A stretch of DNA of 58,110 nt from Chlamydiota bacterium (GCA_947494155.1 CANLTW010000009.1:1-58110); one strand, 5' to 3'. Numbered from the stretch's first letter, positions 29,095-38,791 are shown. Notes: generated by a model not told the origin, from the sequence alone. Numbers and translations are program-made.

Positions 29095-31155
29095 ATGTCT
29101 TATGTTTTGTTCGTATTTTGTCTTGTATTCTCCCTAAACCTACCAGCAAAAAAAATGGAGAAACTTACTGAAGGAGCTCAAAAAGTGTATCTTAAGACAG
29201 ATACAGTAGGACGAGTCCTTAGGTTTGTGCAGGATGGAGCCGATTGGGCTTACAACTATGATGAAATGGGGAGAATAGAAAAAGTATTCCGGGATAAAAA
29301 ACTTGTAGTTGAATACCTGCGCAATCATAAAGAATTTGACCTTATTATCCGGTCAACTAAATTTTGCTATTGGATTAAACGTCAAAAAGGGCGAGTAGAT
29401 TATGGCGATTTTGTCTCGAAAAAGACAGGGTATCGCCTTTTGGATGAGCAAAACCGCTGCATTTATGAAAAGTTTATGCATGGAGTTGGGGTTGCGTACA
29501 CGTATCAGCTTAATTCTAGAAGAATCACAATCAATCAAAAAATCGGTTTCGAGCTTTCAAAAGAGAAGGTAGTTTGCGATTTTGAAAATCAAATGAGTTG
29601 GTGTTTTGAGGAGTTGCCGATTGAGGGGGCTGTTTTAAAAAAGGATGAGACCCATGGTATCGAAGAGGTCGAAATTTTAGGTGAGCTCCATCGATATGCC
29701 TATGACGCAGAGGATCAACTTATTCTAGAGACTCTTCCAAGCGGAAAAATTACCCATCAATATCTGCCTGGAAGAGAAAAAGTCACGTCTGATAATCATC
29801 GTTACGTTGTCGTAACTGATGATCTTGAAAGGTGTATATCATTATCAAAAGAGGGTAAAGATTTTTCCTTTTTAATAGACCCTTTTGGGCGTCTTTTAGA
29901 AATTAATGAGCCAGGAAAGCCCGGGATAAAACTGTTTTATGAAAACTATGATGAGATTGGTTCGATCGAGGGGGATCAACTGATAGATTTTCGTTTTGTT
30001 CAGCATGAGAAGGGCTTTGATGAGCCAAAAACCCTGTTTATATATACGCAGGGCAAGGGGTACAAAGTCCGTAGCGATCTTTTTGGGAATATCCTTGAAT
30101 TGATCGAACCTGAAACGGGAGTGCTACAAGAGAGGATTGCTTATACAGCTTTTGGAGAATGCCAGCTTGATGATAGCCCCCTTTCGCCGTGGAGATACAG
30201 AGCAAAAAGATGGCTAAAAGAGCTTGAACTCTACCTCTTTAATTTTCGTCTCTACTCTCCCCATAAAGGGTGTTTTTTGACCCCCGACCCGGCTGGGTTT
30301 GACCACACTCTAAACAGAACGTGTTATTGCCTAAACAACCCTTTACGCTTTAGTGATCCAAAGGGAGCTTACATAGGTTTTCATCTCACCAGATCGCAAA
30401 AGTATGCCGTGGGTCTTTTTTTGGATTTTTTGGGTAAGCATCTTCCTTTGAGTCTGGCTCATGGGTACAAACTGCAATGTTTCGGAGCCCGATTTATGGG
30501 TTTGGAGCAACCCGAAATCTTTGATCAGGACCATGTCTTTGAGATCAATAGTCTTTTGGGTGAAAAAGATACATCTTATCTTTTTGTGAATGGGATATCG
30601 ACTGAAAAGCCTATCATGGAACATCTATGCTATGACCTTTCTACTATGCTGAATCAAAAAGTGCGTTGTGTCCATTTGGCGACACAAGGATCCGGCAGAG
30701 ATCTTCTAAATTCTATAAAGGAGTATATGGGGATCAAAACCCCAGGCGTTTTAATCTTGGAGGATCTTTTACAAACTCTTTTAGAGGATCCTAGTAGAAA
30801 TGTGGTCATTTTTTCCCATAGTAGGGGGGCGCTCGCAACCGATCTAGCCTTAAAGAATTTATCTTTAGAGCAGAAAAAAAGGATTGAGATTTATTCTTTT
30901 GGCGGGGCTATTTTGATTCCTCGCAAAACGGCCAAAAGGGTGATAAACTTTGTTTCGCGAGGGGATCCTATCCCATTTCTAGTAGATTTCAAAAGTTACA
31001 TGTTTGGAGAGAAGTATTTCGATGTCGATATAGTCAGGTTGGACATCGAAGAGGGGGGATTGCCCTATTTCGATCATGCAATCCTTGGTTCAACTTATAA
31101 AACCTGCTTGGATAATCTTGTCAAAGAATATTTAACGCAGTATTCTCAAAAATGA
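29095..31155 (+). CDS. Compact RHS/YD-repeat protein with C-terminal alpha/beta-hydrolase (DUF687-like) tip
   Basis: Signal-like N-terminus, YNYDEMGR/YAYDAEDQL repeats, YTAFGE, core end FLTPDPAG..NNPLRFSDPKG; tip FVNGI, SHSRG, GDPIP, DH. Confidence 0.88.
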   Translation: MSYVLFVFCLVFSLNLPAKKMEKLTEGAQKVYLKTDTVGRVLRFVQDGADWAYNYDEMGRIEKVFRDKKLVVEYLRNHKEFDLIIRSTKFCYWIKRQKGRVDYGDFVSKKTGYRLLDEQNRCIYEKFMHGVGVAYTYQLNSRRITINQKIGFELSKEKVVCDFENQMSWCFEELPIEGAVLKKDETHGIEEVEILGELHRYAYDAEDQLILETLPSGKITHQYLPGREKVTSDNHRYVVVTDDLERCISLSKEGKDFSFLIDPFGRLLEINEPGKPGIKLFYENYDEIGSIEGDQLIDFRFVQHEKGFDEPKTLFIYTQGKGYKVRSDLFGNILELIEPETGVLQERIAYTAFGECQLDDSPLSPWRYRAKRWLKELELYLFNFRLYSPHKGCFLTPDPAGFDHTLNRTCYCLNNPLRFSDPKGAYIGFHLTRSQKYAVGLFLDFLGKHLPLSLAHGYKLQCFGARFMGLEQPEIFDQDHVFEINSLLGEKDTSYLFVNGISTEKPIMEHLCYDLSTMLNQKVRCVHLATQGSGRDLLNSIKEYMGIKTPGVLILEDLLQTLLEDPSRNVVIFSHSRGALATDLALKNLSLEQKKRIEIYSFGGAILIPRKTAKRVINFVSRGDPIPFLVDFKSYMFGEKYFDVDIVRLDIEEGGLPYFDHAILGSTYKTCLDNLVKEYLTQYSQK

Positions 31156-31156
31156 G

Positions 31157-31633
31157 ATGTATAGACATGTTTTCCCCTTTTTTTACGTAGCGCTTTTGTT
31201 TCTAGGTTGTACGCAGCCTGTTAATCAACAGATTTCTGTTGAGATGGAATCATTTCTAGGGGAGTTCAATAAAGAGATTTTCGATAGGTATTGTCTTGTA
31301 TCGACCTCTTTTGGGGGGGATTTTGAGCATAAAATCAAAAAGGTAGTACTCAACTTTAAGTCAGAATATTCTTTGGACCGAGCAAAAGCTGTGTTTCTGA
31401 TCCACAGAATTTGTGATGATCTCCTTTTTTATTTGAACCGCCACCAGGATCTTAGGGGGTTTTTATCTCCAAAACCTTTCACAAGAAGCCAATTGGAAGT
31501 CAATATCGACTTTTTGAAAGAAAAGGGTAATGGGTATGTTTCAGCCCCTTTTATAGCAAATATACAGCTGAAACAAGGGCATATCAGCCTGCAAACTTTC
31601 GATGAAAAAAACCAAAAACTAGTCCCTTTCTAA
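31157..31633 (+). CDS. Lipoprotein, putative RHS immunity protein
   Basis: LLFLGC lipobox; starts 1 bp after the RHS stop. Confidence 0.65.
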   Translation: MYRHVFPFFYVALLFLGCTQPVNQQISVEMESFLGEFNKEIFDRYCLVSTSFGGDFEHKIKKVVLNFKSEYSLDRAKAVFLIHRICDDLLFYLNRHQDLRGFLSPKPFTRSQLEVNIDFLKEKGNGYVSAPFIANIQLKQGHISLQTFDEKNQKLVPF

Positions 31634-31981
31634 ATGATACAACTCATACTTTGCGTATTTTCAGAATTTTTTTGTACAGATCCGGATCTAAAAACTATCC
31701 GATCGCTAAATAAAGAGGTCATAGGTGAGTATAAAGAAATTGCCGACCGGGGCTGCGGGATCAGGGAAGGGATCTACTATTTACAATTTCAGAGCAACAC
31801 TTCTTTGACTAAAAAGGAGGGGAAGCTTCTAGCCGGTCGCCTTTATCAATTTCTGGAAAAAAAAAGGGTGCAGTTAGCTAGACCGCTTGAGGCGCTTTTA
31901 CTATTTAAAAACAGTTCAGATGGAGAATTTTATCAAATCGATCTTCAAAACGATCTTTTCGATTGTAATTTGCTTCCCTAG
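31634..31981 (+). CDS. Hypothetical protein, possible divergent paralog of the preceding lipoprotein
   Basis: Abuts previous stop; LQFQSNTSLTKKEGKLL resembles LNFKSEYSLDRAKAVFL. Confidence 0.55.
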   Translation: MIQLILCVFSEFFCTDPDLKTIRSLNKEVIGEYKEIADRGCGIREGIYYLQFQSNTSLTKKEGKLLAGRLYQFLEKKRVQLARPLEALLLFKNSSDGEFYQIDLQNDLFDCNLLP

Positions 31982-33077
31982 TCTTTTTGGTGCTTTTTTG
32001 GGTTCAAAAGACCCCGATATAGACTTCAAGAGAGCCCTTCATGAACAGGGGATCGATTTTATCGGATCTGTTGTGTACCACTTGGATGCAAACCTTTTAG
32101 GGGGAATCAAAACCGGGGTGGTTAATCAAGGTTTAATCGATCTTGGGCTGTTATTTCACTCTGAAAAAATTTTGCATTACCCCGGAGGTGAGCTTTTTGT
32201 AAATTTCCAAGCGCACGTCGGAAAAAATCCCTCTTTTACTTTAACGGGGGATCTTCTCATATTTGACGGGATGTCGGCCCCCGATTTTGTGCAGCCTTCA
32301 GAGTTCTGGTACAAACAAAAAATACAGGGTTTTTCCTGCAAAATTGGGCGTGTATCTGCAAATTTGGAACTAGGATTTACAGAAAATGCACAGTTATTCA
32401 TAAATAACGCGTATGAAGCGCTACCCTTCCTTGCTGGATACCCCGTCTACCCATCTGCCGTTCCAGGAGCAATTTTTCGTTACGATTGGGGGAAAGAATT
32501 AGGTTTAAAACTAGGGCTTTTTAATGGTCAAGAGAGCCTTTTTGCTTATACGCGGATCTATCCATTTGGTATTTGGAGAGATTTCTTTAAAAATCTTCTG
32601 GTTATGGCAGAGGTGGATACACATTTTAATCATCGAGGTCGCCTAGCCGCAGGCTTTAGTTACAATAATACTGAAATTTTTTTAGCTACCGGTGCTTCAC
32701 AAAAAATCAAGTACACAGGGTATTTTATTGGGGAGTACAATTTCTTTGATAAGTACTGCTGTTTTGTCCAGGGAGGGTTGGGAAACACAACCGTTCTTTT
32801 ATTCCCCCATTACCTGGGACTGGGAGTCCAAGTTAAACAGCTTTTGCCAATTGAATTGGAAAATCAACTTGCTTTAGGACTAGCATCGGGTTTTTTTACC
32901 ACAAAAGCACCTGAGGAATTTGGTATTAAGGGGTCAGAGATTTCGCTTGAGGCAACGTACGTGTTAAACTGGGGTAGTTGTACTATTCAGCCCGATTTCC
33001 AATATATCATTCGGCCAGGCGGTGCAGGTCTCCCTAATGCTCTTGCATTTGTGCTCAACATTAAGGTAGCTTTATGA
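31920..33077 (+). CDS. Carbohydrate-selective porin, OprB family
   Basis: Signal peptide, EFWYKQ, KIGR, EATY, IQPDFQYIIRPGG; likely ATG at 31920. Confidence 0.88.
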   Translation: MENFIKSIFKTIFSIVICFPSLFGAFLGSKDPDIDFKRALHEQGIDFIGSVVYHLDANLLGGIKTGVVNQGLIDLGLLFHSEKILHYPGGELFVNFQAHVGKNPSFTLTGDLLIFDGMSAPDFVQPSEFWYKQKIQGFSCKIGRVSANLELGFTENAQLFINNAYEALPFLAGYPVYPSAVPGAIFRYDWGKELGLKLGLFNGQESLFAYTRIYPFGIWRDFFKNLLVMAEVDTHFNHRGRLAAGFSYNNTEIFLATGASQKIKYTGYFIGEYNFFDKYCCFVQGGLGNTTVLLFPHYLGLGVQVKQLLPIELENQLALGLASGFFTTKAPEEFGIKGSEISLEATYVLNWGSCTIQPDFQYIIRPGGAGLPNALAFVLNIKVAL

Positions 33078-33137
33078 GCTCAATACGTATTGGTATCTTG
33101 ATTGTTTTCCCCGAAAAATTCCCTAGGTTTTTTATCT

Positions 33138-33169
33138 AAAAAAGCCCCTTGTGAAAAGCAAGGGGCTTT
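33138..33169. terminator. Intrinsic terminator between convergent genes
   Basis: aaagccccttg-tgaaaag-caaggggcttt. Confidence 0.85.
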
Positions 33170-33178
33170 GAATAAAAG

Positions 33179-33460
33179 CTAACTTGTTTTTTCAGAGGAG
33201 AGGAGTCTTGAGATTTTATCGAGGATAAACTCTGGGTAATAGACTCCCACTGCACTTAAAGAGGTTGTTAAACCAATCAAGGGTAACCCTGTGATTAGCG
33301 ACCTATTTTTAGATAGACGTAAAAAACTTATTACACCAAATGCCACAGAGAGAATCCGAATTGCCTGGTGTTTAAAACCCTCCGTTTTATTTTGGTGCGG
33401 ATAAACACGTTGGTCGGGGGAATCGATAAAAAAGTTTTGATGAATTCCGTTTGACATCAT
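33179..33460 (-). CDS. Small Inc-like protein with bilobed hydrophobic segment
   Basis: ILSVAFGVISFL-loop-LITGLPLIGLTTSLSAVGVYY. Confidence 0.55.
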   Translation of the reverse strand: MMSNGIHQNFFIDSPDQRVYPHQNKTEGFKHQAIRILSVAFGVISFLRLSKNRSLITGLPLIGLTTSLSAVGVYYPEFILDKISRLLSSEKTS

Positions 33461-33482
33461 CTTATCTCTCTTTGGTTTAAAG

Positions 33483-34031
33483 TTAAGCCATATTAGCTTG
33501 AATACAGTCCAGTCTCTCTACATTAATCAACATATATTCAAATACGGATCCTAGATAGTTCGAATGTCTGCGATTAGAACCTAATATGACACATTGACCT
33601 GGCTTCCACTGGCGCAAGTTAGATAGGTAGTCGGTATTGATTTGCCAAATCAAACGATTGTTATTGCCGTCCCGTAGTAAAAGTCTTCCTCGATAAAAAT
33701 CGATCTCGTCGATCTCGACACAACCCGGTTTTCCCGATATAGGCCCTAATGATAGATCTACGTTAACATTTTGCCCACTGTTGAGATTCGAAAAAAAGAA
33801 TTTCGAACCCGAGAAAAAAGGGAACAGTACCGGGTAAATTACAATAAGATCTCCTTCTCTATAATAGTCTTTTGCCTTGGAAAGGGAGCTATCTAGCACC
33901 CTCCAAACCGATCCATCATCGAGCTCAAGGGTGTAGCCTGATGGGTCTTTTCCGGTAAGTTTTCGATAAGGTTCAGCTTCTAGAAATAGGGTAGTAATAG
34001 AAAGAAGAAAAAGTATTATGGTTTTTTTCAT
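33483..34031 (-). CDS. Exported hypothetical protein with two repeated beta subdomains
   Basis: GGAGA RBS, MKKTIILFLL signal; LELDDGSVW/LLLRDG..W and GDLIVI/GQCVIL internal repeat. Confidence 0.75.
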   Translation of the reverse strand: MKKTIILFLLSITTLFLEAEPYRKLTGKDPSGYTLELDDGSVWRVLDSSLSKAKDYYREGDLIVIYPVLFPFFSGSKFFFSNLNSGQNVNVDLSLGPISGKPGCVEIDEIDFYRGRLLLRDGNNNRLIWQINTDYLSNLRQWKPGQCVILGSNRRHSNYLGSVFEYMLINVERLDCIQANMA

Positions 34032-34264
34032 TTTTGATACATCTCCAAAAAATGATACATAAGTCAGTGTTTGTAAGGGTTTATGGCTATCGGGTAGACT
34101 CCTAGAAAATTTCATAAGAACAGATTTATTCATCTACGACAATAACAAACCCAATATATAATCTAGGCTTATAGAGATTTTCGCCCTTAAAATCTCTTCT
34201 TATGTTAGGTCTGAGAATTATGAAGGCGAAACTCACTCTAGGGAATCCTTTACGCTCAAGGTGT

Positions 34265-35500
34265 CTAGGCTGGTCTCCCAAACGCGGATTTTGCTTGTGA
34301 CGTATTTTCGGGGGCGGCAAAAGCAGATCTATTTTGTGTCTCATTAGTTTGATGACTAAAACCAGATTGTTGTAAGAAAGAGAGTCCACCGCTTGCAAAA
34401 GCCGCTCGAGCCTCTTGATTTTGCATACCTGAAATAGTTTCGCTCTGTTGACTAGAATTTTTCGACTGAACTACGTGTCTTTGTCCGGGCTGTAATCTCG
34501 GGTTTAAAATTGATACAGTCTCTACAGATTCTTGTTCTGCTACATTAAGCTGTGCACGTCTTTCGACTCCATCACTTAAATCAGATTGCACCTGATGCCT
34601 TTTACCCCTTAGAGATTTTTGTTGATTTAGACCAAATCTTGGGCTTGTTCTTGATACGGAATGATCCGAGTCAAAATTTACGGATGAAAGTAACTGCTCA
34701 CCCTGTGCGAAGCCCTCAAAAATTGGCGCTGCAAAGCTTCGGTTTGCTGAGGTGCGTGAAAAGGTGGGATCATTAAATCTACCGTTTGATTGGGGTACAT
34801 GTCTGGACTCCTCATGGGAAAAAGCCGCCTGTGCTCCAGGGTGGGGGGAGGAACAAAATTCTGCGTGTCTGCTCGTTTGGCCTCTTTGCTCATATGAGGG
34901 GTGCGATGAAGTAATTTCAATTCCTACATTATGTCTTTGCCCGTAGTTGGAAATTCTTGAAGGAGAGGCGCTATATTGTCTAGATGATTGCCCTAAAAAA
35001 GATTCCGGAACCGGGGCAAAATTTAACCTACTAGCTCCCGTAAATGAAGCCCTGGGCTGGACAAATGTCTGTGGGTCAGCATAAAAGCTACCATCAAAAA
35101 CCCTGTCATTTGGACGCTCACCTCTAAAAATTGGTGGGTTGATTTCTAAATCAGTAAAGCTGGTGGTGAACAGTCTTGATACAAACACAGAGGCTAACGT
35201 GCTAAATACCACACTAAAGGGGCGTGTGAGTAGGTGCATGAATACGATTAGAGAAAAACTTTTAAAGATGGCATCTGTGCGTTTTGCTGGGTTAGGATCG
35301 TTTCTTAAGCTATTCGTATTTATGATGGATGCACAAAAAAGGATAGGAAGAGATAGAAGTTTGGGGAGGAAAGTATTTTGTTTTAAAAGGACTGAAGCTA
35401 GATAAGAGCATGCGCCTACAGATACTAAAGGATAGCGAATCGTATCGAGCTTTTGTGTAAAGGAATCGGATATATTTAAGGGTGAAATCATAAAAACCAC
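34265..35500 (-). CDS. Inc-like protein: N-terminal membrane domain plus Ser/Gln-rich disordered tail
   Basis: Hydrophobic segments in the first ~115 aa, low-complexity tail; related to 35769-36968. Confidence 0.7.
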   Translation of the reverse strand: MVFMISPLNISDSFTQKLDTIRYPLVSVGACSYLASVLLKQNTFLPKLLSLPILFCASIINTNSLRNDPNPAKRTDAIFKSFSLIVFMHLLTRPFSVVFSTLASVFVSRLFTTSFTDLEINPPIFRGERPNDRVFDGSFYADPQTFVQPRASFTGASRLNFAPVPESFLGQSSRQYSASPSRISNYGQRHNVGIEITSSHPSYEQRGQTSRHAEFCSSPHPGAQAAFSHEESRHVPQSNGRFNDPTFSRTSANRSFAAPIFEGFAQGEQLLSSVNFDSDHSVSRTSPRFGLNQQKSLRGKRHQVQSDLSDGVERRAQLNVAEQESVETVSILNPRLQPGQRHVVQSKNSSQQSETISGMQNQEARAAFASGGLSFLQQSGFSHQTNETQNRSAFAAPENTSQAKSAFGRPA

Positions 35501-35768
35501 ATATTAAGTTATTTTCTTATACATTTAGGCTGCTTTCTTAAAAATATATTAAGCTAACCTAAAGATAGTAAAAATAATCGGACATAACACCAAAAAATGC
35601 AAGTCTTAATTCTCTAATCTTTAGCTTGTTACGAAGTGCTTTGAAAACACCCTTAAAGCCTTTGGTTAATTTAAGGGGTATTTTTTCATTTTCGCTTAAA
35701 ATTGAAAACCCCTAACTTTGAGTAAAGTGAGGGGTGTAGAAGAAATAGATAGAGTTTTTAGAGTAAAT

Positions 35769-36968
35769 TTAGGCAGGTAGAAGGTTGGCTGCACCATTTT
35801 TTGGTTTGCGCCAACGTTTCGGTTTAAATTTTGCGCTTTGGGCTTTTGCTGCTCCTTGTGGATCAGCTGCTTGGCCTGCTGCAGCTCCACCAAGTCTCTT
35901 ATTGCTCTGTGAAGAAGGGTCATTTTCTACAGAATCTCCAAACACAACGGACGTAACTTCGTCAGATTCCTGGCCTTTGGGAGTAAAGGGAGCGGCATCA
36001 AGAAACGGAAAACTAAAGCCATTTGGCACCATGGAGCTATTTGCACGAGGGGCATTAGGCGTATGGGTGTGGATTTGTTCCTCTTCTTGAAGTTCTTCTG
36101 CTAAAGGTGATAGACCTTGAGGAGCTAAAGGGAGGTAATCTCTAGGATTAGATGTATCTAGACTAGGAACAAAAAAACCCTCTGAATCGACGCGAGATAG
36201 ATCTGCTCCAAAGCCATTCTCAAGTACCCCTTCTTGATTCTCTTCTTCAGGTTTAGCTCTTGAGTTATCAGAAGCTAAAGGTTGGCTGTATGATTGATCA
36301 GCAGAAGATGCTAACGAAGCTTGAGATATCGGTAGAAGGTTTGTTTGATTGGCTAATGATGTTTCTTTATCCTTCATGGATTCCAAGTTTTGGGCAGCTA
36401 GCTCGTTTGCTACTCTGGTAGATTCAGAGCCTAGACGAACAGAGTTTTGAAGCGGGGCTTCTGATGCGGCTTCAGAAATTTTCTGACCCCCTTTTTTTTC
36501 TAGCAGTTTCCACAGAACACTCAAAGAGAGGTGGCTGATAATAGCCAAAAGAGGGGATTTGCTCCAAATTTTTACTAATCCAAGATTTCCTAATACGCTG
36601 AAAAAGAGCTTTTTATTGGATGAGAGATTTTTGAGTGCCAAAATCTCTTTTTTATCTAGTTCTTTAAGAGACACATTTGAAGCGTTCACAAGGAACGGTA
36701 GAGACAGAGCCCTGCAAATAATAGAGTTTTGACGTTTCAGGATATGAAAAGCCAGAAGGTCTGTGATCAGAACTAAAGTTGAGGGGTATCTATCTGAAAT
36801 ACGCTCCAATACATCAAGCTCTCTAAAATCGCTACGAATACTTTCCGCTTTATTTTGTACGCGTTCAAAAATTTGAGAAAATTTTTGTTGGGTATTCTTA
36901 AAAAAACTGCACGGAGTGCAAGAGGAAAAAGAACTTTGGTTCGAGTTCAGTGGTGCAATAGTAGTCAT
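35769..36968 (-). CDS. Inc-like protein, paralog of the preceding gene
   Basis: Ser-rich N-terminus, shared RYP..LA..L.(K/R)QN..LSLP.L..AS block, acidic disordered tail. Confidence 0.7.
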   Translation of the reverse strand: MTTIAPLNSNQSSFSSCTPCSFFKNTQQKFSQIFERVQNKAESIRSDFRELDVLERISDRYPSTLVLITDLLAFHILKRQNSIICRALSLPFLVNASNVSLKELDKKEILALKNLSSNKKLFFSVLGNLGLVKIWSKSPLLAIISHLSLSVLWKLLEKKGGQKISEAASEAPLQNSVRLGSESTRVANELAAQNLESMKDKETSLANQTNLLPISQASLASSADQSYSQPLASDNSRAKPEEENQEGVLENGFGADLSRVDSEGFFVPSLDTSNPRDYLPLAPQGLSPLAEELQEEEQIHTHTPNAPRANSSMVPNGFSFPFLDAAPFTPKGQESDEVTSVVFGDSVENDPSSQSNKRLGGAAAGQAADPQGAAKAQSAKFKPKRWRKPKNGAANLLPA

Positions 36969-37266
36969 AGGTGTGTCATTTAACGAGTTTACATTTCATT
37001 TTATTGATCATAGCTAGTGGCTTAAAATCCCTTTAAAAGAATATTTTCTGGGCAGAGGGTGCGGTATTCTTAACAAACCAAAAGGTCAACGATCCTGTAT
37101 AAAAAACATATGTTAATTAGTAAATATTAAAATCCTCTTAACAATGTTTTGCTAACAGGTTGCATTAGTTTAGAAATTTTAGCAACCGAATTATAAAATA
37201 AACAGTGGGTATTTCTCTATAAATCTAGAGATTACCTAGGCAAATAAATTGGTGATTTGGGGTTGA

Positions 37267-38547
37267 TTATATCCTTTCAATAATATCGATAATGAGGGCG
37301 TCTATCAAGGGTAGGGACCTTGTTTGGGAGATTAGTGGGAGAGAATTTACCATAAAAAATAGGATCTCCCTAAAGGGGTCTTTACCATCAATAAGGAGGT
37401 TTTTTTCCTGTTTTATTAAAATGAGCAGTGTAAAAAGGAAAGACAAAATTAGCGATCCACTGAGAACATCTTTTGTAAACGGTGTGTTTTTTACGCTGGA
37501 AAAGAGACCCTGTTCCACAATTTTTAATCCTAGAAAAAAACCTCTTGAGGTGAGTGTTAAGCTATGAAGGTAAAGATTTTGTTTCGAGACGGTTCTATCA
37601 ATTTCGCTTGGGGATTTTTGGATAATTTTTAGAAAAAATCTAAATGTAGGATCAACAGTATCACGAGAAATCGTTTCGAAGTTATCAACGAAACTCTCCT
37701 GAATGGTTGCAAGAAGGTTTTTAGGAAATCCCTCATGAGCCAAGTCTTTAAACTCCTGCTTTTGGATCTGGTAGCTATATCTATTTCCTAGCCCTTTCGG
37801 CAGGGATTGTAAGATTTCTTCCTTTTTTGGGAACTTCCCCTCAACTACCACCTTTTTATAAAGTGGAGGGGTATCGCTATCAATTACGAGGCGATGTTTA
37901 CGACTGTTGAACCATTTTAAAAGCTCAGCGTGAGTTGTTTTATCGAATATTAGGATAACCTCTAGCAAAGGGATTAACCCGTATATTGAGTAAGGGGATA
38001 GAGTGATCCCAAAAAGAAGAGATTTTGCAGCTTCTTCCCAAAGATGGTCTTTCATTTGCAGCATTCCTTGGAGAATCCAGAGGTGGGGGTAGTCCGGCGC
38101 TAATACAATCATCAACCGTAAAAGTTCTTTAGCCTCTTCATCTTTTTTCTCATTGAGAAGTTGATGCACCTCGTTAAGGCACAGCTGAAGTGTTTTTTCT
38201 GCAATACGAAATGCATCTTGAAGAGGTATTTCCAGAGGAATATTGACGTTCACGATCGTTTGTATAGAGGCAAAATATTTCTCTTGGGATTCAATATTGG
38301 TGATGTCAAGTCCAGTGATTGTTAAGAACCTTGAAAGAGTTTCACTCTGAAAAGCTCTCATTGAACTGTGAGACTGTGAGGGGAGATTCTTCAACTGGCT
38401 ACGTACCTGTGAAAACGCTAAAAAGAGTTTATCAAATTCCACCACAAATTCTTGGATAGAGGGATTTTTTGCTTTCGATAAAGAGAGCATAAAATCGAGA
38501 AATTGTTCTACTAAAGGGGTACCTTGATGTTGCAAAATTAGCCTCAA
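37267..38547 (-). CDS. TPR-containing protein
   Basis: EAKELLRLMIVLAPDYPHLWILQG..WEEAAKSL..GITLSP TPR pattern; start uncertain. Confidence 0.65.
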   Translation of the reverse strand: MRLILQHQGTPLVEQFLDFMLSLSKAKNPSIQEFVVEFDKLFLAFSQVRSQLKNLPSQSHSSMRAFQSETLSRFLTITGLDITNIESQEKYFASIQTIVNVNIPLEIPLQDAFRIAEKTLQLCLNEVHQLLNEKKDEEAKELLRLMIVLAPDYPHLWILQGMLQMKDHLWEEAAKSLLFGITLSPYSIYGLIPLLEVILIFDKTTHAELLKWFNSRKHRLVIDSDTPPLYKKVVVEGKFPKKEEILQSLPKGLGNRYSYQIQKQEFKDLAHEGFPKNLLATIQESFVDNFETISRDTVDPTFRFFLKIIQKSPSEIDRTVSKQNLYLHSLTLTSRGFFLGLKIVEQGLFSSVKNTPFTKDVLSGSLILSFLFTLLILIKQEKNLLIDGKDPFREILFFMVNSLPLISQTRSLPLIDALIIDIIERI

Positions 38548-38791
38548 TTGTTAAATTACGATTAGCTAGTTTTTAGATTTATTTGCAATAAGGATCATTA
38601 GTATAGGTTTATAGCAACCACATAAGAGGTGTATCGATGATCGTTTTTGCCGAATCCTTAACCCCTTCCTAGAAACATGATTCTGACGAAGGGGCTAAAA
38701 TTCACCTCTAGGTGAGGCGGTAAGGGGAGCTAGTAAAGGGAAAAGGGTCTAGTTCAGTTACCAAAACACCCCTCCCCAGACGAAATACCGT

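Noticed and set aside
37149..37185. ttgctaa...ttagcaa inverted repeat as a CIRCE element
   Set aside because: Wrong orientation and spacing for TTAGCACTC-N9-GAGTGCTAA; no heat-shock gene adjacent
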